DNA of 64,000 bases from Carpediemonas membranifera BICM. Lineage: Eukaryota > Protista > Fornicata. The DNA lies in NCBI GenBank assembly GCA_019828565.1, contig JAHDYR010000053.1:346214-410213 (forward strand). The letters run 5' to 3'. Below are positions 43,501-52,300 of the stretch, one piece after another. Position numbers and translations under genes: made by a program. Each line of letters starts with the position of its first letter. Position 1 is the stretch's first letter. A model generated the notes under the pieces. The model ran no database searches, was not told the DNA's origin, and was given only the letters and a program-made list of their open reading frames with translations.

Positions 43501-44286
43501 CCAATCGCGAGGTTAGGCGTCATCTGAAGACCCTCTTGCCTTCCCTTGGAAGACGTTGGAGCGACTGGAGTTCCTGTCTACCTCTGGTCCAGTTTGTCAT
43601 GAACAACGCCAAGCACAGGATCATTAACACCACGCCCTACGCCATGCTCTATGGCGATGTCCTTTCCCCATCCAACAGCCTGTTACCGAGGACGTTGACC
43701 CCTAACCTTGACTCTTACGAGTCCACCTCGTCTTATACCTCCGGGTTGCTGAGCAGATTGAGGGAGATCCACGACCTCGCCAGAGCCACCCAGTCCTCTG
43801 CCTTGGACTACCCCTCAGTAGAGCCTGATGTCTTCAAGCCTGGCGACTATGTCCTGCTGGCCCCACCTAAGGGTCCGCGTAGCAAGACGCTCCCGAATTA
43901 CCGAGGCCCATTCATGGTGAAAGACTCGCTTCCGAACAACCAATACGCCTTACAGGCCTTTTTCAGGGAGGGCGGAGCTGGTGTCACATGTACACCGTCT
44001 GAGGAGGTTCCATCGATCCTTCTTAACTGAGGAGGAGATATCTGAGCTCGCCAAGTTTGATGATGATGATGAATTATACGTTGTCGAATCAGTAGTGAGC
44101 CATTCGACCGATGAGGACGGGAACATCGTTTTCAGACTACGCTGGAGCGGTTACGAGCCTGAAGAAGATACTTATCAGTGCTATGATGAGGATGTGAGAG
44201 GAAACGAACAAGTTGAGTCGTATATCGACGCACACAAGTTGCGCGGCAAGCTCTTTGGAGAAGACGGAGGTGTTGTGATTTCGTAA
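40525..44286 (+). CDS. Element A gag C-terminus and pol (PR, RT, RNase H, IN, chromodomain), with a +1 frameshift at T5 43959-43963
   Basis: LDLRSGYHQ, IPFGLMNAP, YVDD, TDASGYG, HKG...CGIC, SDNGSQF, GPF; chromodomain YVVESVVSH...RWSGY in ORF 43981..44286. Confidence 0.93.
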
Positions 44287-44357
44287 TCAGTTGATGTGTA
44301 TTTAGTGTGTGTATTTAATCTAAATGAAGTACCATCCACAGCGCTTTATACGCCAAA
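44271..44357 (+). repeat. Element A 3' LTR
   Basis: Identical to 35249-35335. Confidence 0.95.
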
Positions 44358-44651
44358 CACTCAAGCAAACCCTAAACTGCGATCATTAATCACGGATGGT
44401 CAGCGAGCTCGCATGGGTATGAACCAGTAGCACTGCACCTCATATGTTCCTCCAAATCATATGGCGAGGATTTTCAAGGCTGCTGATTCCCATCCCTTTG
44501 TGATTACAACATCTACAGCTGCCGCCAGAGTCAAGAATACACAAAACGAAGCAAAGAACTCTATCAGACGTCCAAAAGTATTAACATAGCGCGTAAAGAG
44601 TGTGCAAGCCAAGCATGTTACACTCGACATGCTCGATGATTGGCAACCCAG

Positions 44652-46271
44652 CTATGACAGCTCAGCACTAACTCGCCCCGCAAAGTCGCTGATATCCCTC
44701 GCCCAGGCCTCCAACGACGCCTTAGTAGCGTCTACGTTCTTCATGAACACCGTATTCTGCTTCACTATCCTCGTCATCTCCTCCCGTGCTCTTTCCATCT
44801 CTCGGACTGCATCGCCTCCCTCCATTGGCTGCTCAGTAGCCCGTCGGCGCATCGCTGCCTCCAGGCATTTGCTCAGCTCTGCCTCTGTGTGTGCAGGTGG
44901 GGCCGATCTCAACTTCCTCAGCTCAAGCTCGGCGTCCCATCTTGCATGCTCGGACTCGGCCAACTGAACCAGAGTCGAGTCGAGTCTGAGTCGAATCTGA
45001 CTCACCTCCTCATCCCTCGCTAGCCTGGCCTCCTCCCTGTGTCTGGCAGCAGCCATCTCTGCGTCTCTCCGCGCTTCGTAAAGAGCCTCGTCCTTTGCCT
45101 TAAGCTGCGCGGTTAAACGGTCAATATCTCTCTCAAAGCGTTTCCTCATTGCTCCGCTCTCTGCCCGCTCGATGTTCTCCTTCATTGAGGTAATCCTCGC
45201 CTCCAAGTCCTCTTTCAGCTGTCGCGTGGCGGTCTCGGCTTCGACTTTAAGCCTGGACTCCCGAACAATAGCCTCGTTCGCCTCCATATTCAGCCTCTGG
45301 AGCTCCTCTAGCTTCACTTGGAGCTCCTTGTTCTTCTTCCCGAGTGCCCCCTGCGACGTGGTCACGGTCTCGACCTTATCCTGCAAGACAGTCAGCTTCG
45401 ATCGGAGGCTCTTGTTCTCACGAGTGAGTGAGTCGACCTTTGTTGTGTCTACCCTCGGCGGAGCCTCTTGCTGTGCGAGCACGGTCGCTTCGAGTCTCTT
45501 GACTTCCTCCTCTCGCTTGGTCAGTTCCCGTCGAACCATTGCTGCCTTTTCCATCGCTGCCTCTGCCGCAGCCATCTTTTGGTCGGCAGCATCAGACCTC
45601 ATGTTGGCTGCATTCAACTCCCGCTCAAGAGTGGCCACCCGTTTGCGCCACTCAATATCAGTCTTGGGCGCATGTGGGTTGCGGCGGTTCTGCAACGGGT
45701 AGGTCTCGCGTTCTGACAGGTCGCGCTCCTTACTGGATAGTCTGCGCTGGAGATCATCGTTGCTGCGTTTCAGCTGTTCGATCTCGGAGTAGAGCGCTCG
45801 AATGAGGACACTTTCTGACTCCTCAAAGGCAATTTTGGCCGAACTCGGGGTCAAATGATCTGTACCATGATCCACAGCTTCTACAGGCGATGGCTCAGTC
45901 CTTTTTTCGCTCCGTTTCGCGATTTGTCTCTTCGTTGGCCGCCTCCTATTGGGCACAGGGGATGGGCCGGTCTTTGTCACCAGCTCGAGAGCATCCTCGG
46001 GTTCTACGGGGGCAGATGGTGTTATCAGAGTTTCCCCGAGAGTCATGAGCACCATGTCCTGGTCCCAATTGTCTCTGTGCCCGTCTTTCGTCTTCATCGA
46101 AAATTCGCAAGTCCGCACTTTTGTCAAACTGGGCTGTAATGGCCTGTTGAGTCGAGTGCCCACTGACCATTCCCGGCTGTGTATTTGCATGTCTCGACCG
46201 TTCCTTGAGAGCTCTGGCAATGGTGACTCTGCCCGAGTCGACCCATCAATAGACTGCGAGGTGATAAGCAC
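44652..46271 (-). CDS. Coiled-coil protein (probable start about 46097)
   Basis: Long heptad-rich ORF. Confidence 0.7.
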   Translation of the reverse strand: MLITSQSIDGSTRAESPLPELSRNGRDMQIHSREWSVGTRLNRPLQPSLTKVRTCEFSMKTKDGHRDNWDQDMVLMTLGETLITPSAPVEPEDALELVTKTGPSPVPNRRRPTKRQIAKRSEKRTEPSPVEAVDHGTDHLTPSSAKIAFEESESVLIRALYSEIEQLKRSNDDLQRRLSSKERDLSERETYPLQNRRNPHAPKTDIEWRKRVATLERELNAANMRSDAADQKMAAAEAAMEKAAMVRRELTKREEEVKRLEATVLAQQEAPPRVDTTKVDSLTRENKSLRSKLTVLQDKVETVTTSQGALGKKNKELQVKLEELQRLNMEANEAIVRESRLKVEAETATRQLKEDLEARITSMKENIERAESGAMRKRFERDIDRLTAQLKAKDEALYEARRDAEMAAARHREEARLARDEEVSQIRLRLDSTLVQLAESEHARWDAELELRKLRSAPPAHTEAELSKCLEAAMRRRATEQPMEGGDAVREMERAREEMTRIVKQNTVFMKNVDATKASLEAWARDISDFAGRVSAELS

Positions 46272-46356
46272 CGCACCGAAAGAACTGTCTTGCTACTCGC
46301 AGCCGAATCCATTTATTAAGACCCAATCCCAGGATAAAACTAAAATGACACACACC

Positions 46357-48339
46357 TCAGAGCCTCATGGGGGGCTTGTCCAAAAGCATGCCAAGCTGGT
46401 TCAAATGAGCCACCGCCTGCACAGTAAGCGGGTTCTTCTTGCCCAGTTGCTTCTTATACAGCTTCACCGTTGTCTCCACCATGGGGTACGATTCCTCGGC
46501 GATGAGCAGCTGGATACTCCGGGGCAGTTCTACCTGAACCCGATCGCTCTGCCGCTGCTTGACCATCTTCGCATAGTTCGCCTTGGCTGCGTCCTTTGTC
46601 TTGTCACGCCACCGTTTCGCTAAAGTGCGCGCCATAATTGTCCCCGTAAATTTCGCCATCGCCGATGAAGCAGTGGAGGATCGTTCCCGAACAGCAGGCG
46701 CGGCTGACCCCATTGCCTCTAGTAAATGCTGCGGTGCTTGAGGGGGGATTCCAATCGACTTTGCAAAATCGCCGTGCTCCGCTGGTTTGTCACCCGCCTC
46801 CTTCGACTCGACGCCCAAGTCACTCTCAGACCCAGATGACAATATGCTTTCAGTGTGGGCATCGTGCACAACCCGCCCGATATCCGAGAGTGAGTCACTC
46901 AATGACTCCACGTCAGGGTCAGAGTCACTCGAGTCGACGACTGAAACAGCAGTCAGGTCCTCAAACCCGTCCCCACTGACTCTCGACAACCGACTGTCTG
47001 CTCGCCCAGCCCGACTTCCTCGACTTGAGATGTGACGCCGCGAGACTGTTCTTCCAATAACCCGAGCACCTTCCTCCGGCACGCCGTCAGCCTGACCCGA
47101 CCTGTTGGTCGAGAGGGGCGACTCCAACTCTGACTCCAAGTGCTCGACGGACCCCACGTCAGACAAGCGGGACTCGAAGCGATGGACCAGGTTGAGCTCG
47201 TCCGTGCCAAAGTCTGAGGGCTCGCTGTCATCGTTCACATCATTTGATTGGGCAGGCGTGTCATCATCGGAGCTGAGGTCGTTGACCACCCTGTTGATCT
47301 GCTGCATGGTCATCGTGGCACGCGGGTTAGGCTCGGGCGATGGCGTGGGTGGTTTCACAGCCGACCCTGGTCTCGAGGGGGTCCGGGCGACCACCTGGGT
47401 TGACCCGAAGTCGTGCGGCACGGCCTGCTCCTTGTCCTGTGTGGGCGACTTGTGTTTCTCTTCGTCTGGCATACTCGGGGCGGGTTCGACCAATGGCGTC
47501 CGGTCGCGTGCGATATTCATGTCTGTTTCCGCCTTTCCGATAGAACCTAGGGCTGCCTGGGAGCCGTAACCGTGCTCGGCGGCCGCGGTCGAGGCGATTC
47601 GGCCAAGGTTACTCTCACCCAAAGTAGCCCGGCGCGCATTGGCGTCTGAGGTGTTCGCAGGGACAGAAATGGGCCGCGGGGAAGCGAGTGGAGCCACCTG
47701 AGTGACCCCTGCGACTGCTTTCCGCTGGCCCCGATCGAGGCCGGCCGAGGATGACTCCCGTTCAATTTTGATTACTCGCGCCTTAGTTGCCTCCACAGCT
47801 GTCTCTTGGGCCGAGCTCATCCGCTCTTGCTTCTTGTCAGCGGGTAGCCCGATGTTTGAGGGGCGCGAGAGGTTGCTCTCCTTGATAGTGCGCGGCATCT
47901 CCGTGGGACCTTTCAAGCCGAACATCCGATCAGCCTCGCTGTTGGCAGGACGCTTGTGCTTCTGCTTGGTGGTTGCCTTGGCTCTGCGGGTGCCAATTTG
48001 GGGTGTTCGGACCGGTGGAGGAAGAGACTGGGGCACGCGGGGGCGTTCTGGCTCCATAACCTCGCCAGTTGCCGGATCATTGCCACCACGAAAGGGCTGA
48101 ATCGATGCAGGGTTCTTCTCCTTGCTGACCCCGTCGGTAACTGGGTATTTGTCGCCAAGTTCCAGTGGTTGGAGGCTTTGAGGCGTTTTCTTCGACTTGT
48201 GAGGACTCTTCCTACGCCCTGTGCTTCTTGATGGCATCTTTGGCTCCCCAAGGTCCAGGGGAAGTGGCCTAACCATCCTTGTTCTGCGTTGGTCCCTCGA
48301 AAATACATAGCCACGTACCACGTAATTCTCACCACCCAA
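46357..48339 (-). CDS. Mostly disordered protein with a C-terminal TPR-like helix pair (start uncertain)
   Basis: S/P/D-rich; LYKKQLGKKNPLTVQAVAHL resembles a kinesin-light-chain-type TPR. Confidence 0.6.
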   Translation of the reverse strand: MGGENYVVRGYVFSRDQRRTRMVRPLPLDLGEPKMPSRSTGRRKSPHKSKKTPQSLQPLELGDKYPVTDGVSKEKNPASIQPFRGGNDPATGEVMEPERPRVPQSLPPPVRTPQIGTRRAKATTKQKHKRPANSEADRMFGLKGPTEMPRTIKESNLSRPSNIGLPADKKQERMSSAQETAVEATKARVIKIERESSSAGLDRGQRKAVAGVTQVAPLASPRPISVPANTSDANARRATLGESNLGRIASTAAAEHGYGSQAALGSIGKAETDMNIARDRTPLVEPAPSMPDEEKHKSPTQDKEQAVPHDFGSTQVVARTPSRPGSAVKPPTPSPEPNPRATMTMQQINRVVNDLSSDDDTPAQSNDVNDDSEPSDFGTDELNLVHRFESRLSDVGSVEHLESELESPLSTNRSGQADGVPEEGARVIGRTVSRRHISSRGSRAGRADSRLSRVSGDGFEDLTAVSVVDSSDSDPDVESLSDSLSDIGRVVHDAHTESILSSGSESDLGVESKEAGDKPAEHGDFAKSIGIPPQAPQHLLEAMGSAAPAVRERSSTASSAMAKFTGTIMARTLAKRWRDKTKDAAKANYAKMVKQRQSDRVQVELPRSIQLLIAEESYPMVETTVKLYKKQLGKKNPLTVQAVAHLNQLGMLLDKPPMRL

Positions 48340-48456
48340 CCTTCTCCGCTGGGCCTCCGTGCTGCCTCGGGGACAGTGGCGTCGTCAGCATAGGCGCTTG
48401 GCGGCATGACATCTGCTGCGCAGATTACGGGTCATCATCGCAGCTCTTTGCAGACA

Positions 48457-49181
48457 ATGTCGAGCGTCCTTGCTCCAACGCCCCCAGGAGAGAAACACTC
48501 TGTGGATAGGTTTGAAGCCATCTCATTCCCGGAGTTTGTTGGCTCTTCATACGGCAACCCCTTCGCGAAACGTGGTATATCGGCCCCAGGCCCCGACGAG
48601 GTCTTTAACGACGAAGCACCATTGCTTGAAGGCATGTTTTGCCCATATATTCTTACTCAGAGCTTGGAATTGATTTGTGGGCGATGAAGAAGAAGCTCAT
48701 TTTCTCACTCTTCCCTTTCCGCGAGGCCCCGGTCGACATTGCGTCCAATTCAGAGATGGCTTTCCCCATCTGGGCACTTGTAGCCCTCTCAATCATCCTC
48801 CTTTTCGCCAAGAAACTTGTCTTCAAGCAGATTCTGGCCACTTTCCTTCTTTCGACTGTTGCCCTCGACGGCCTCATCCACCTGATGGTCTCAGAGTTCA
48901 CAGCCAGGAACAGGGACGGTCCCATCAGCACAGAGATCTACATGGTGATGTCCGCCATGGGCTACGGTGTGCTTCCCGTCCTCTTTCTTGCCGTCAGCAG
49001 GACCCTGCTCGTCTCGTTCAAGTCTTGGGTCGGCGGGGCTCTATGCGTTGTGACTCTGGTATGGGCTGCGTCTATTAGCACACAGCTGCTGTCTAGGGCG
49101 ATGGCTGTGCCGCAGCAGAAGTTCATCATTGCCTACCCTGTAGCGATGATTCATGCCGTGATGATTCTCATGCTTGTGTGA
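48457..49181 (+). CDS. YIP1: Yip1-family protein (YIPF5/7); GC-AG intron 48632-48660
   Basis: Splicing restores EAPLLEELGID; SAMGYGVLP motif; about five TM segments. Confidence 0.8.
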
Positions 49182-49315
49182 GCAGCGTGAGACCTGAGTA
49201 AATATATGGAGCTGGATGCGTGGTATGCGGGCTAGTACTGCGTCTCTGTGCTGCCTGCAGGGTCGACACTGAGGTCGACATGATGGTGCAGGCTAGCACT
49301 TAACGCTCCGAGCCG

Positions 49316-52300
49316 ATGGACGAGCATCAAGAAGTGCTCTATTCCGATAACAAGGCAATAGACACACCTTCTGAGATCCCAGAGGGCCTTCAGAATGCAA
49401 TTGAGAACGTTGTACAGCAAGAGAGCAAAATTATGAGTGATTATGAACAGTTCCCCGCTACAACGGGCAACAATGAACACATTAATGGCTTTGTGAGTCC
49501 TACTAGTGGACAGGTTGACCTCGCATCTGAGCCCGTCGCTGAGCCCGTCGCTGCTCCCGTCGCTGCTCCCGTGGCCGAGCCCGTCGCTGAGCCCGTCGCT
49601 GCTCCCGTGGCCGAGCCCGTCGCTGAGCCCGTGGCCGAGCCCGTCGCTGAGCCCGTCGCTGCTCCTGTGGCCGAGCCCGTCGCTGAGCCCGTCGCTGCTC
49701 CCGTCGCTGCTCCCGTGGCCGAGCCCGTCGCTGCTCCCGTCGCTGCTCCCGTGGCCGCTCCCGTCGCTGAGCCCGTGGCCGAGCCCGTCGCTGCTCCCGT
49801 CGCTGCTCCCGTGGCCGAGCCCGTCGCTGAGCCCGTCGCTGCTCCCGTGGCCGAGCCCGTCGCTGAGCCCGTGGCCGAGCCCGTCGCTGAGCCCGTCGCT
49901 GCTCCTGTGGCCGAGCCCGTCGCTGCTCCCGTCGCTGCTCCCGTGGCCGCTCCCGTGGCCGCTCCCGTCGCCGAGCCCGTCGCTGCTCCCGTCGCTGCTC
50001 CCGTGGCCGAGCCCGTCGCTGCTCCCGTCGCTGCTCCCGTCGCTGCCCCCGTGGCCGCTCCCGTCGCTGAGCCCGTCGCTGCTCCCGTCGCTGCTCCCGT
50101 GGCCGAGCCCGTCGCTGCTCCCGTCGCTGCTCCCGTCGCTGCTCCCGTGGCCGAGCCCGTCGCTGCTCCCGTGTCCGCTCCCGTGGCTGAGCCCGTCGCT
50201 GCTCCCGTCGCTGCTCCCGTGGCCGCTCCCGTCGCTGAGCCCGTGGCCGAGCCCGTCGCTGAGCCCGTCGCTGCTCCCGTCGCTGCTCCCGTGGCCGAGC
50301 CCGTCGCTGCTCCCGTCGCTGCTCCCGTGGCCGCTCCCGTCGCTGAGCCCGTCGCTGCTCCCGTGGCCGAGCCCGTGGCTGAACTCGTCGCTGCTCCCGT
50401 GGCCGCTCCCGTCGCTGAGCCCGTCGCCGCTCCCGTGGCCGAGCCCGTCGCTGCTCCCGTGGCCGAGCCCGTGGCTGAGCCCGTCGCCGCTCCCGTGGCC
50501 GAGCCCGTGGCTGAACTCGTCGCTGCTCCCGTGGCCGCTCCCGTCGCTGAGCCCGTCGCCGCTCCCGTGGCCGAGCCCGTCGCTGCTCCCGTGGCCGAGC
50601 CCGTCGCTGCTCCCGTGGCTGAGCCCGTGGCCGAGCCCGTCGCTGCTCCCGTCGCTGCTCCCGTGGCCGAGCCCGTCGCTGAGCCCGTCGCCGCTCCCGT
50701 GGCCGAGCCCGTCGCTGCTCCCGTGGCCGAGCCCGTGGCTGAGCCCGTCGCCGCTCCCGTGGCCGAGCCCGTGGCTGAACTCGTCGCTGCTCCCGTGGCC
50801 GCTCCCGTCGCTGAGCCCGTCGCCGCTCCCGTGGCCGAGCCCGTCGCTGCTCCCGTGGCCGAGCCCGTCGCTGCTCCCGTGGCTGAGCCCGTGGCCGAGC
50901 CCGTCGCTGAACCCGTCGCCGCTCCCATCGCTGAGCCCGTGGCTGAACCCGTCGCTGCTCCCATCGCTGAGCCCGTGGCCGAGCCCGTGGCCGCTCCCGT
51001 CGCTGCTCCCGTCGCCGCTCCCTGTCCGCTGCTCCTGTCGCTGCTCCCGTGGCCGCTCCCGTGGCTGAGCCCGTCGCTGCTCCCGTCGCTGCCCCCGTGG
51101 CCGCTCCCGTCCGCTGCTCCTGTCGCTGCTCCCGTGGCCGCTCCCGTGGCTGAGCCCGTCGCTGCTCCCGTCGCTGCCCCCGTGGCCGCTCCCGTCGCTG
51201 AGCCCGTCGCTGCTCCCGTCGCTGCTCCCGTGGCCGAGCCCGTCGCTGCTCCCGTCGCTGCTCCCGTCGCCGAGCCCGTCGCTGCTCCCGTCGCTGCTCC
51301 CGTCGCTGCCCCCGTGGCCGCTCCCGTCGCTGAGCCCGTCGCTGCTCCCGTCGCTGCTCCCGTGGCCGAGCCCGTCGCTGCTCCCGTGGCCGAGCCCGTC
51401 GCTGCTCCCGTCGCTGCTCCCGTCGCTGCCCCCGTGGCCGCTCCCGTCGCTGAGCCCGTCGCTGCTCCCGTCGCTGCTCCCGTGGCCGAGCCCGTCGCTG
51501 CTCCCGTGGCCGCTCCCGTCGCTGAGCCCGTCGCCGCTCCCGTGGCCGAGCCCGTCGCTGCTCCCGTGGCCGCTCCCGTCGCCGAGCCCGTCGCTGCTCC
51601 CGTCGCTGCTCCCGTGGCCGAGCCCGTCGCTGCTCCCGTCGCTGCTCCCCGTGGCCGCTGCCCCGTCGCTGAGCCGCTCCCGTCGCCGCTCCCGTGGCCG
51701 AGCCCGTCGCTGAGCCCGTCGCTGCCCCCGTGGCCGTCGCTGCCCCGTGGCTGAGCCCGTCGCTGCTCCCGTCGCTGCTCCCGTGGCCGAGCCCGTCGCT
51801 GCTCCCGTCGCTGCTCCCGTGGCCGAGCCCGTCGCTGAGCCCGTCGCTGCTCCCGTGGCCGCTCCCGTGGCCGAGCCCGTCGCTGCTCCCGTGGCCGAGC
51901 CCGTGGCTGAACTCGTCGCTGCTCCCGTGGCCGCTCCCGTCGCTGAGCCCGTCGCCGCTCCCGTCGCTGAGCCCGTCGCCGCTCCCGTGGCCGAGCCCGT
52001 CGCTGCTCCCGTGGCCGCTCCCGTCGCTGAGCCCGTCGCTGAGCCCGTCGCTGCTCCCGTGGCTGCTCCCGTGGCTGAGCCCGTGGCCGAGCCCGTCGCT
52101 GAACCCGTCGCCGCTCCCATCGCTGAGCCCGTGGCTGAACCCGTCGCTGCTCCCATCGCTGAGCCCGTGGCCGAGCCCGTGGCCGCTCCCGTCGCTGCTC
52201 CCGTGGCCGCTCCCGTCGCCGAGCCCGTCGCTGCTCCCGTGGCCGCTCCCGTGGCTGAGCCCGTTGCCGCTCCCATCGCTGAGCCCGTGGCCGAGCCCGT

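Larger units (their letters stand above)
35249..44357 (+). mobile_element. Element A: Ty3/gypsy chromovirus with 87-bp identical LTRs, interrupted by element B
   Basis: LTRs 35249-35335 and 44271-44357; TSD CACTC 35244-35248 / 44358-44362; PPT 44257-44270. Confidence 0.95.
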
